Source of the DNA: Prasinococcaceae sp. CCMP 1430
Taxonomy: Eukaryota; Plantae; Prasinodermophyta
Direction: 5' to 3'
NCBI GenBank assembly: GCA_013416795.1
Contig: RQSC01000007.1
Location: 41,516-105,515, forward strand
DNA length: 64,000 nt
Shown here: in pieces, positions 11,301-20,963 of the stretch
How positions within the stretch are numbered: position 1 is the stretch's first letter
Layout: every line of letters begins with the position of its first letter
Made by a program: the position numbers and the translations under genes
The notes under the pieces: model-generated
What the model was told of the DNA's origin: nothing
Database searches by the model: none
Seen by the model: only the letters and a program-made list of their open reading frames with translations

Positions 11301-13179
11301 CACAGTCACCGGCAAGATCCGCGAGATCGATGAGACCACCGTCGAGATTTCCGAGCTGCCGCTGCGCAAGTGGACCCAGGACTACAAGGAGTGGCTGCAG
11401 ATTGTGACGATTGGTGGCGCCAGCGATAAGGACGACAAGAAGAAGGAGAAGCCCTTCATCACCGAGTACAGGGAATACCACACCGATGAGACCGTCCGCT
11501 TCGTGATCACCATGCCTGAGGAGCAGATGCGTGAGGCCCACGCCATGGGCCTGGAGAAGCGCTTCAAGCTCACGTCCACCATCTCGACCACGAACATGCA
11601 CCTCTTCGATGCGGAGGGTCACATCCGCCGCTACGAGAGCCCAGAGGCCATCCTCGAAGAGTTCTTTCAGCTGCGCATGGCGTACTACGATGCGCGCAAG
11701 GCTTCGATGGCCGACATCCTGCGTTCGGACCTCGCTCGCCTGGAGAGCAAGGTGCGCTTCATCCTCGCCGTCGTGCAGGGTGACCTGGTCATCTCCAACA
11801 AGAAGAAGGCTGTGCTCATCGAGGAGCTCGAAGACTGCGGCTACGAGAGGATGACCAAGAGCTCCAAGAGCTCAGGAAAGGCCAGCGCGCCCGTGGAGGA
11901 GGAGGATGACAGCGAGGGTGGGTCGTCCGCCGCCACCGCGTCCGGCAAGAACTACGACTACCTGCTCGGCATGCCGCTGTGGAGCCTCACCATGGAGCGC
12001 GTTGCCACCCTCATCGCCGAGCGCGACACCAAGCAGGGCGAGCTCGATGAGCTCATGAGGACCTCACCCGCGCAGATGTGGGAAACGGACCTCGACACCT
12101 TCGAGGCTGTTCTCGAGACGGAGGAGGACGAGGCGATGAAGCTCGCGGCCGAGGCCGACAAGCACGCCAAGTCGCACCGCCGTGGCAAGGGCAAGGCCAA
12201 GACCACGAAGGCCTCCAAGGCGTCGGCGGCCGACCTCGAGTACGTCGAAACGAAGGTCAAGACCAAGTTCCCGCCGCGCCCTGCTAGCGTGAGCGGCGAG
12301 CTGAAGCTGCAGCCGCTGGCGGCGGCGATGGCGCTGCCCGCGACCAGTGAGGTCAGCATTGACACCGCGGCGGCAGGCATCTTCGAGCGCCTGAATATTC
12401 GCTCGACGGGTACGCTCGCGGCTACCAAGGGCGCCCTCAAGTCCAAGGCAGAGGTCAAGCCCAAGGTCATGGCCTCCAAGGCCGAGTCCAAGCCCAAGGT
12501 CGTGGCCAAGGGGACGAAGAAGGCCGTCGTCGTGGATGAAGACAGCGAGGATGAGCCCTACGAAGAGATTCCCGCCGAGGACTCGGACGACGACTTCTCG
12601 CTGGGTGGCGGCTCGCTCATGGCGCGACTCGCGGCGCGCAACAAGTCAAGCCGCGCGACCGCCAAGAAGGCGCCCGTGTACGACCTCAGCGACTCGGAGG
12701 AGGAGGGCGAGGAGGACCTCGACTCGGGGTCGGACTTCTGCGCGGACACGCCTCAGCCCAAGAAGAAGGCGCCCGCGCGCAAGCCCGCTGCCAAGAAGCC
12801 ACCTACCGGCAAAGCCAAGGCGCCAGCAGCCAAGGCCGCTGGCAAGAAGCGCGTCACGACTAAGTCGGCTGTGTCCAAGGCGTCAGCAGCGATGGATTGC
12901 GAGGCGGACGACGACGCCTGCGTGGTGGACTCGCCCGCAGTGGCGCCGGCGGGCAAGATGCGCCGCATGCGCCCGAGTCCCTTCCACAAGGGCAGCGCCT
13001 CGCGCACGGCCGCCGCCGACAAGGAGGAGGAGGAGGAGCCTGCCGAGCCTGCCGCGCGCCCCTCACGCCGCGCGGCCGCCAACCGCGTGGTGTACACGCT
13101 GGACAGCGACGAGTCCGAGGAGGAGGAGTCCGACGAGGAAGAGTACGACGACGACTCGGGGTCCGACTTCGAGGGCTAG
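8383..13179 (+). CDS. TOP2: DNA topoisomerase II (eukaryotic type IIA); join(8383..8736,8926..13179), about 1535 aa
   Basis: Motifs EHILLRPDTYVGS, GGRNGYGAKL (ATP lid), EGDSA, PLRGK, IMTDQDHDGSHIKGLL, YKGLGTS and ASPRYIFT (catalytic Tyr), followed by a charged C-terminal tail. Phase-0 intron GTGAGC..GACAG at 8737-8925. Confidence 0.98.
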
Positions 13180-13550
13180 GTTGCCCAACACACGCCATGT
13201 GTCTTTCGTCGACACGCCCTCTGTTCCTCGCCTCCTGCCTCCCCACGAAGCCAGAGGCCACCGTCCTAATATAAGCGGCGCGACGCGGCAGGTCCCCCAC
13301 AAGGGGCCACAACGCGCACCTGCCTCGCGCTCGTTTCCGCTAGCGCCCCGCCTCTGCGGCGGCGCTGTAGCTGATGTAAAAACGGCCCGCACTACCGTGT
13401 CAGACGCGCCTGGGGCAACGCGGGTGGCATGCGCGCCAGAGACGCTTCCGGAGCGAGGCGTTGCGGAGTGCGCGTTCCACCTGGCGCGCATTATTACGTG
13501 TGTGTGTCAATGATACAGTGTGTATGTGTGCGCGTGCGAGTGGGGGTTTC

Positions 13551-14484
13551 TCAAGCGGGTGCTCGTAGGAGCGTCAGCCAGTCGGAGGCGACCACCGCCC
13601 CGTGCGCCTCGCGCGGCAGCGCGGGGCTCGGCGCCCACGGCCTCCCGACGACGCGCGCATCCGCGCGCGCGTATCGCAAGGCGAGGGCTCGGCGCGGCGT
13701 GGGGTCGTGCGCCGCGCGCGAGTCGTTCCCCGGGGCCCAGTGTAGCGTGCGCGCATCGAATGCAACGGCGTCGCCTGGGGCGCACGCCCAGGCGAGCGTA
13801 TCTGCGGCCATCGCGGCGTCGCTGGGTACCTCAACCGGCGCCTCGGCATAGATGGCGCCACTGGGCGGGGGCCACCCCCCCGAAGCGTCGTCGGCGCCGC
13901 GAACATCGCGCTCGTAGAGCTCCCCCGTGGCGAATTTGCGGGGCGCCCACAGCGCGCCCGCTGGCAACAGGGGCGGCACGTGCGACGCGCGCCAGTACCG
14001 CACGGAGGCTTCGAGCGGCACCTCGTCGAGCGCGACCCACAGGCTCAGCAGGTGCGGATCGCGGCCGTCCTCTCTACCGCCCGACTCGCCGCCGTCGAGG
14101 GGATAATACGCGGCGTCGGCGTGGAGGGGCGTCCGTGTGGAGCAGCCCGCATCCTGGAGGGGCGCCGCGAGCGCAGTGGCGAGGGGGAATAGCGAAGCCG
14201 TGAGCATGCGAGCTTGTACGAGCATGCGTGCGTGAGGTCACGCTTCTATGCGCACCGGGCCCAGGCGCAAGCGCGCTCGGGTGCGGACCTTGACGAGCAC
14301 GTGCTCGTGGTAGAAGACAACGCCATCTCGCACCGCGGTAGCGCCCTCCTCCTCGCCGAGCATCAGCGCCCGCGCCAGGTCCGCCGCGGGGCCCCACGCA
14401 CCGAGGGCGCCGAGGGCCTCATTGCCCGTCGCGAGGTCGCTGTAGAAGCCCGCGAGCTCCTCGCCCCGCGGTGACGGCGACCGC
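13551..14484 (-). CDS. Phytanoyl-CoA dioxygenase (PhyH)-family 2OG-Fe(II) oxygenase; exons 14484..14289 and 14153..13551; upstream exon(s) unresolved
   Basis: Spliced sequence VFYHEHVLVK|DAGCSTRTPLHADAAYYP (HxD), then LSLWVALD, PGDAVAFDARTLHWAPGN (distal His) and RRALALRY. Phase-0 intron GTCCGC..CTCCAG at 14288-14154. Confidence 0.78.
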
Positions 14485-15482
14485 CTGCGCCTTGTCAGAG
14501 GCGGGGCGGCCGCGGCTGCGCGCACGCACGCGTGCGGGCCGGCGCGGTCTGGGCGCTCTCCGCCGCAGCGCGCGCGCGGGCTGGCGGGGCGCCCCCGCCG
14601 GCCCCATCCCCCCCGCGTGAAAAGGGCTCGTTTCGAAAACGCTCCGCGGCGGGAAAAAAAAAAAAAAAATGGCACGCCACCATCCGATCGGCGCATCCGC
14701 GCGACGCGGACGCGAGCGCCCCACACACACCAGGGAATTGACCCACCCCGGCGCGCACGCCGGGTGGGAGCCGCCGGCCGGTGGCGCCCCGCGTCAAACC
14801 CATGCGCAGACCCCCGCCCCCCGACCGAATGACTGACTGAGCAGTACTGTACTGTACTGTCTCCTCTGTGATGATGATGACTGTACTTTGTTGTCCATGT
14901 TTTGTTTAAACCCTATCAAACCAACCTCAATGTGTGCATCTCCCAGCTGCAGGCCAGCACTACCATCATGATGGTACCAGGTACACTGTACTGCACGCCT
15001 GCAGCCTGCGGTTCGAAATCGGAACCTCACTTTTGGCCCGCTGCCCGGCGGTGCGCAGTACACTACCATCTGCAGGTACGACGGCCCTGCTGCGCGGCGG
15101 CGGCGGCTCTCTCTCGGGCCTCGGCTGGCGCGCGCATTGGCATTGACCGGGCGGGTGGGTTAATGCGCCGATCGGCGGCGCGGCGAGCGCGTGCGCGCGC
15201 TCCGTCGTTTTTTTTTTTCCTTTTTTTTCTCCCCGACCGAGGCTGGCTGGTGCTCATTCTCCTCGCCCGCGGCGCCCACGCCGCGCCGCGCCGCGTTCGC
15301 GGCGCCTCGCCCATGATTTTCGGGGGCGCGCGATGCGGAAGCGGAAGCGGAAAGCGAGGAAACGCGCGCGGGAGGGCGCCGAGCGCGAGACGTGCGCGGG
15401 GGCGGGCGTAAAAAAGAAAAAGAGAAAAAAAAACGGGTGCAGGTTTCGGCGAGTCGGCGCGTTTCGAGCGCTTTTTTGGGCG

Positions 15483-16633
15483 GGAGGAGGGCGTGGCCCC
15501 GCCGCCACAACAGCAGCACCAGCAGCAGCACCAGCAGCAGCAGCAACAACAACAACAACAGCAACAGGCCGCGGGCGAGGGCGCGACCGAGGAGGCAGAG
15601 ACCGAGGTGGCTACCGCAGCGGACGACTCAGCTGAGCGGCGCGAGGCGAGCGGCGAGCGGAGCGGCGACGATGGACCCGCCTCGTGTGCGGCGGGGGGAC
15701 TATCGGACGCCGCGCCTGCGTCCGAATCCGTTCCCGCTTCCGACGCTTCTGTGCTCGACTCGCCGGGCGCCTTGACCGCGGCCATGGGTGGTGCCACAAG
15801 GGCGGTGACGGAGGGAGAGCACGCCGATGATGGCGGCGTTGCGAGCGCCACAGAGCGCGTTGAGGCCAGCGAGCGCATGCAGGCGACGGCGGAGGTCGCT
15901 ACGGCGTCGACGGCCAGCGCCGGGCGGCGACAAGAGCGCGCGGTGCCAACGCCCGCGGCCGCTGCTGAGGCGGCCCGCGGAGGCGGCGCCGACAGCGACG
16001 ATGCGGTGGCGGCAGCGGCGGCGCGAGCGCGGCTGGCCGCAGAGCTCAGCGCCGCGCGACGCGAGCAATCGAGTGTGTCGACGCTCACCGGCGTGCTCGC
16101 CGTGGCGCTGCTCGCGGTAGCAGCGCGTAGGATCATGCGCCTCAGCGGCGTGTCTCTGGACCTCTGAGCTAGCGCGCGCCGCGTGCAGGTCGCCGCAGCG
16201 GTGGTCGCCCTTGTACCTGTAGTCTATACATCCATGCCCACGCACGCGTGAGTGCCCGCGCCGCGCCTGCGTGCGCGCGCAGAGGTGCATGCGGTGGCGT
16301 GTGAGCCTCTCGTCACCGGTCTGCCACCCCTGCCATCGCTCCGCTCGGCTGTAGCTATCGCTGCCGCGCCGTCAATGCTCGCCCTCTATCAGCACGCCCC
16401 GTCCCCGACTCCGCTACTCGAACAGGGCGTCGTCCCTCCACCGCGCGCACGCAGGCGCGGCGAGTGCGTCGCGCGCGCGCGCGATGTCAGCGTGGATCTG
16501 CGCGACGAGCGCCTCGAGGCCGTCGAAGCGCTGCTCGGGCCGCGCTGCGCCACACACGAGGAGGCGCATCTCCTCGTCGTAGAAGTCCGCTGCATACTCG
16601 TGCAGGACGTGCGCCTCAACGCTCAGGCCTGCG
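15483..16633 (+). repeat. Copy 1 of a 1151-bp direct repeat (copy 2 at 17942..19092)
   Basis: Apparently identical to copy 2 at an offset of 2459 bp. It contains the 3' half of the E2 gene and the 3' part of riboflavin kinase. Confidence 0.95.
15493..16167 (+). pseudogene. 5'-truncated duplicate of the Ubc6/UBE2J gene (poly-Q, linker and tail anchor only; no UBC core)
   Basis: Identical to the C-terminal 224 codons of the gene at 17421..18626, with no catalytic domain upstream. Confidence 0.7.
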
Positions 16634-16990
16634 CCGTCGGCGAACGTCGGCCGCTCGCCCACGTTGAGCACCATGGGGTGCGCTGCGCCCGATTCGGAGC
16701 TCAGGCGCGCCCAGCCGTAGTACACGCCTTGGCGCGAGCACGCGGCGTGCGCGTCAGCTCCGAGACCGCGCCGGTACAGAGCGCCAGCGCTGCGCGCAGG
16801 CACGAGACACGGAGAGACAGAGAGCGCTCGCACCCTTGGGGAGCTGCCCCGCGTCGATAGCTTCAGCAACCGACGGCGCGGCAGGGTCCACATTGGCCGT
16901 CGGCACCGCCATCTCGCGCGATCCGCGGCCGAAGCCGCGAACGACAGCGCCCCGCAGCCGCAGAGGCTCGTCCGCGAGCGCCGTCGGCAT
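16414..16990 (-). CDS. RFK: Riboflavin kinase (monofunctional); complement(join(16414..16727,16834..16990))
   Basis: Motifs LRGAVVRGFGRGSREMAVPTAN, spliced PKG|VYYGWA, MVLNVGERPTF, VEAHVLHEYAADFYDEEMRL and RPEQRFDGLEALVAQIHADI. The spliced length of 471 nt is in frame. The intron has a GTGCGA donor and an AAG acceptor. Confidence 0.9.
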
Positions 16991-17420
16991 CGCCCCCGCC
17001 GCGCTGGCCGCGCCTTCCGTCGCAGCCTCGTCGGTGCGAGTTGGTCCCGCCCCCGCAGCACCGGCAGCGCAGGCGGGCGCCGCCGAGGCGCGGGGCCATG
17101 CGGGCACTGGCCCACGCCCTCGCTCCCTCCCACGCTGGCGCTGTGACGCGCGCGCGCTCTGTGATGCCAGTAGCGGTTTTTGTGCGCGCTGGTGGGGGAG
17201 CAAAAAGGCGCGCGGTGTGGGCCTCTCCACACCGTCCGCGTAGCGCAGCGCCCCCTCCTTCCCCGTGGAGAGTCCGCTCCGTCGGTGAGCGCGACGCCCG
17301 GTGCGGCTCTGTCCGCGCGCGTGCGCACACGCGCCCGCCTCTGCACACGCACACGCACACGCACGCGAGCGCGCGCGCGGACGCACACCGCCGCGCGGAG
17401 GCGCACGTCGCACTTTGCGG

Positions 17421-18626
17421 ATGGCGTCGTCACCCAGCAACGCGGCGGTGAAGCGCCTCCTGCGCGAGGCGAGGGAGGTGGCGCGCGCGGCGGACGCCGA
17501 CTTCGTGGCGGCGCCACTGGCGACGGACCTGTTCGAGTGGCACTTCGTCGTGCGCGGCCCGCCGGGCACGGACTTCGCAGGCGGCGTGTACCACGGCCGG
17601 ATCCTCGTGCCGCCGGACTACCCGTTCAAGCCGCCGAGCTTCATGTTCCTCACGCCCAATGGGCGCTTCGAGACCAACACCAAGATTTGCCTCAACATCT
17701 CCGAGCACCACCCGGAGAGCTGGCAGCCGAGCTGGTCGGTGCGCACGGCGCTCCTCGCGCTCGTCGCGTTCTTCCCGACACCGCCCGACGGCGGCATCGG
17801 CAGCGCCGACTACCCCCCGGAGGCGCGGCGCGAGCTCGCCGCGCGCTCGCGCGCCGAGCCGCCTCTCGAGTTCGGTACCGAGGAAAGAAGGGCCGTGACG
17901 CGCCGGATGCACGAGCTCATGCTCGAGAAGATCAGCGCCGAGGAGGAGGGCGTGGCCCCGCCGCCACAACAGCAGCACCAGCAGCAGCACCAGCAGCAGC
18001 AGCAACAACAACAACAACAGCAACAGGCCGCGGGCGAGGGCGCGACCGAGGAGGCAGAGACCGAGGTGGCTACCGCAGCGGACGACTCAGCTGAGCGGCG
18101 CGAGGCGAGCGGCGAGCGGAGCGGCGACGATGGACCCGCCTCGTGTGCGGCGGGGGGACTATCGGACGCCGCGCCTGCGTCCGAATCCGTTCCCGCTTCC
18201 GACGCTTCTGTGCTCGACTCGCCGGGCGCCTTGACCGCGGCCATGGGTGGTGCCACAAGGGCGGTGACGGAGGGAGAGCACGCCGATGATGGCGGCGTTG
18301 CGAGCGCCACAGAGCGCGTTGAGGCCAGCGAGCGCATGCAGGCGACGGCGGAGGTCGCTACGGCGTCGACGGCCAGCGCCGGGCGGCGACAAGAGCGCGC
18401 GGTGCCAACGCCCGCGGCCGCTGCTGAGGCGGCCCGCGGAGGCGGCGCCGACAGCGACGATGCGGTGGCGGCAGCGGCGGCGCGAGCGCGGCTGGCCGCA
18501 GAGCTCAGCGCCGCGCGACGCGAGCAATCGAGTGTGTCGACGCTCACCGGCGTGCTCGCCGTGGCGCTGCTCGCGGTAGCAGCGCGTAGGATCATGCGCC
18601 TCAGCGGCGTGTCTCTGGACCTCTGA
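17421..18626 (+). CDS. Tail-anchored ERAD ubiquitin-conjugating enzyme E2 (Ubc6/UBE2J1, plant UBC32-like)
   Basis: Motifs AVKRLLREA, DLFEWHFVVRGPPGTDFAGGVYHGRI, YPFKPP and TPNGRFETNTKICLNIS.HHPE.WQPSW (catalytic Cys). A poly-Q linker precedes the C-terminal TM segment LTGVLAVALLAVAA. Confidence 0.92.
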   Translation: MASSPSNAAVKRLLREAREVARAADADFVAAPLATDLFEWHFVVRGPPGTDFAGGVYHGRILVPPDYPFKPPSFMFLTPNGRFETNTKICLNISEHHPESWQPSWSVRTALLALVAFFPTPPDGGIGSADYPPEARRELAARSRAEPPLEFGTEERRAVTRRMHELMLEKISAEEEGVAPPPQQQHQQQHQQQQQQQQQQQQAAGEGATEEAETEVATAADDSAERREASGERSGDDGPASCAAGGLSDAAPASESVPASDASVLDSPGALTAAMGGATRAVTEGEHADDGGVASATERVEASERMQATAEVATASTASAGRRQERAVPTPAAAAEAARGGGADSDDAVAAAAARARLAAELSAARREQSSVSTLTGVLAVALLAVAARRIMRLSGVSLDL

Positions 18627-19092
18627 GCTAGCGCGCGCCGCGTGCAGGTCGCCGCAGCGGTGGTCGCCCTTGTACCTGTAGTCTATACATCCATGCCCAC
18701 GCACGCGTGAGTGCCCGCGCCGCGCCTGCGTGCGCGCGCAGAGGTGCATGCGGTGGCGTGTGAGCCTCTCGTCACCGGTCTGCCACCCCTGCCATCGCTC
18801 CGCTCGGCTGTAGCTATCGCTGCCGCGCCGTCAATGCTCGCCCTCTATCAGCACGCCCCGTCCCCGACTCCGCTACTCGAACAGGGCGTCGTCCCTCCAC
18901 CGCGCGCACGCAGGCGCGGCGAGTGCGTCGCGCGCGCGCGCGATGTCAGCGTGGATCTGCGCGACGAGCGCCTCGAGGCCGTCGAAGCGCTGCTCGGGCC
19001 GCGCTGCGCCACACACGAGGAGGCGCATCTCCTCGTCGTAGAAGTCCGCTGCATACTCGTGCAGGACGTGCGCCTCAACGCTCAGGCCTGCG
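17942..19092 (+). repeat. Copy 2 of the 1151-bp direct repeat, ending at single N (19093)
   Basis: Matches 15483..16633. The second RFK copy is cut mid-exon at the N. Confidence 0.95.
18873..19092 (-). pseudogene. Orphan 3' fragment of riboflavin kinase
   Basis: Encodes AGLSVEAHVLHEY...RWRDDALFE*. Its 5' part is absent beyond n19093. Confidence 0.65.
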
Positions 19093-19350
19093 NCGCGCGC
19101 GCGGGCCGGGCCGCGCGCGCGCGGGCCGTGCGCTGACAGCGCTGTCCGAGGTGCCGCCCAGCGGCTGTGGCGACCATGGCTGACATCGCCACCGCTCGCT
19201 ACGCGCCACAACGCGGCACTGGCGGCCGCCCGCCTTGTGGCACCTCTGCGGGCGCACGCACGCACGGACCCGCGCACTCGCACCCGCACGTAGGGTTTGA
19301 GGTTTGGGTTACATATAGGGTTTACTAAATGGTCAGGGTCTGGACCGCGC

Positions 19351-19995
19351 TCATTGCACCTCGCGCTGCCGACTGGCGCGCCTGGGCCGCTTGGCGGCCG
19401 GGGCAGTCCCATCGCGCGGCGCTCCCGGCGTGTTGGGGGCGTCGGGCGCGGCAGGGGCGGCGGGGGGTACGGGCGCGACCTGCCTGGCCTTCCTAGCCTT
19501 GCTTTTGGGAGGCTCCAGCGTATACGAGTGCGCGTCCTCATTTGCTCCCACCGCCTCGCCGGCGCCAGCCTCCTTGCGCTCGACGGGCCGTGGCCACAAA
19601 TACGCCACCTGCGGCTCGTCGTTCCAGCCGAATTGTGCGTAGTGGTCGGGCTCCTTGAACATAAGCGCGGCGCGATGCGTCGCGTGCAGGCGCTCGTCGC
19701 CCAGCCACGGCGGCAAGGCCACGCCGCCGGCCGGCAGCGCCTCAGGGGTGCACTCGATGTTCGCCTTCCCGCGGCGCGCCCACTCCTCACAGCACGCGTT
19801 GTAGTATGCGGCGAGGGCGTCCTCGTGCCCGCGCCACATCGCCGTATACCCGGCCGCCTGCTGGCGTGCGTAGCGCAGGGGGTTGCGAAGCCAGCGCAGG
19901 ATCATGCGCGCCTCCACGCGCTGGTTGCCTAGCCTCCGAGTGTCCAGCATTCGAGCGCTCGCGTCGAAGTCCGCAACCGGCAAGAACGTAATCAT
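19351..19995 (-). CDS. MSMEG_6728-family protein, pyrimidine-dimer DNA glycosylase (T4 endonuclease V)-like; intronless, 214 aa
   Basis: MITFLPVADF..SAR.LD.RRLGNQRVE, MWRGHEDAL..Y...C.EW.RRG, LPPWLGDERLH.THRAAL..K.P.HY and YLWP match the bacterial family pattern (MQTFLP..DF..SA..LD..RLGKQRVE). The tail is basic, NLS-like (AKRPRR). A TTACA (UGUAA on -) lies at 19309-19313. Confidence 0.82.
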   Translation of the reverse strand: MITFLPVADFDASARMLDTRRLGNQRVEARMILRWLRNPLRYARQQAAGYTAMWRGHEDALAAYYNACCEEWARRGKANIECTPEALPAGGVALPPWLGDERLHATHRAALMFKEPDHYAQFGWNDEPQVAYLWPRPVERKEAGAGEAVGANEDAHSYTLEPPKSKARKARQVAPVPPAAPAAPDAPNTPGAPRDGTAPAAKRPRRASRQREVQ

Positions 19996-20056
19996 GGCTG
20001 CCCGCCCAGCGGTCGGAGGGCGCGTTGCGCGACAGGACGCGCGGGCGTTTCGGGGC

Positions 20057-20266
20057 CTAGCTGGATGGTGCCTCGCCGGCGTCCTCCCCTGCGCGCTCCG
20101 CGCGGTTCGCCGCCTGCCGCTGCGCGCGGCGCTTCGCGTTGCACGACTTGGAGCAAGTTGAGACCTCGTCCCAGACCTTCTCCCACTTCTTGCGCCAGGT
20201 GAAAGGACGATTGCACACGACACACACCTTCGTGGGCAGGTTCTCCTTCGCGACGCCGCGCGGCAT
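20057..20266 (-). CDS. DUF2256 family small Cys-motif protein, 69 aa
   Basis: [42 protein letters not shown] carries the DUF2256 signature LP.K.C..C.RPF.WRKKW...W.EV..CS..C. Confidence 0.88.
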   Translation of the reverse strand: MPRGVAKENLPTKVCVVCNRPFTWRKKWEKVWDEVSTCSKSCNAKRRAQRQAANRAERAGEDAGEAPSS

Positions 20267-20963
20267 GCGCTCGCTGCTACTCGCGCCGCCGCCGCCCTTG
20301 CCGCCGCCGCCCTTACGCCTGCCGCCGCACGCGGCGGTGGCGCGGCGCCGGCTGCCGCCGCCGCGGCCGCCGCGCCGCGTAGTGCTGCCTGCGCTACCGA
20401 GCGCAGCATTGACACCCCACTCCGACCCCTCTCCCTCCTCCCCACCCCGCCCCGCCAGACGCCGCCTGCAGCGGCAGCGCCCGCTGACGTGTCGCGCTCG
20501 CAGGCCGGCGTTCTGGATAAAGGCATTCACATGTTGCCCAGGTTGCAACAATTTCGCGACCGCAGTTTTGAGGAGACGCGGTGCATTTTAATACAATACA
20601 AAACCAACGGTATCGCATTTGTAGTTGAAATTCCCTTGCACAACCGGCAATTTTGAGGATCTGCGATACCAGTTTTTGGCGGCGTTTTCGAACAGTGCGT
20701 GCGCGGTCTATGCGGGCGCTGGTCAAGTGCGGGCACGGCGCGTGCGCCACAGCGTGCGCGTCTGGTTCCCCCCCCCCACACACACAGACTATCCACCACC
20801 CTGTGGCGTGCGTCGCCCGCGCGCGCGGGGACGTCGCCGCAGCGCCCCGCCGTGAGCGCCCAGGTAGGAGAGGGTTCTCCGCCGCGCGCGCGCGAGCGAG
20901 CGCGCGAGCGCGAGCGCGAGCGAGCTGGCGAGCGAGCGAGCGGGCGAGCGAGCGATCGAGGCG

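Noticed and set aside
8881-11622. 913-aa antisense ORF over TOP2
   Set aside because: It is a stop-free reverse frame of a GC3-rich gene with no motifs.
15483-19092. Direct repeats as LTRs of a retroelement
   Set aside because: The repeats consist of host gene halves. There are no TG..CA ends, PBS or gag/pol, and the interior is RFK/E2 5' sequence.
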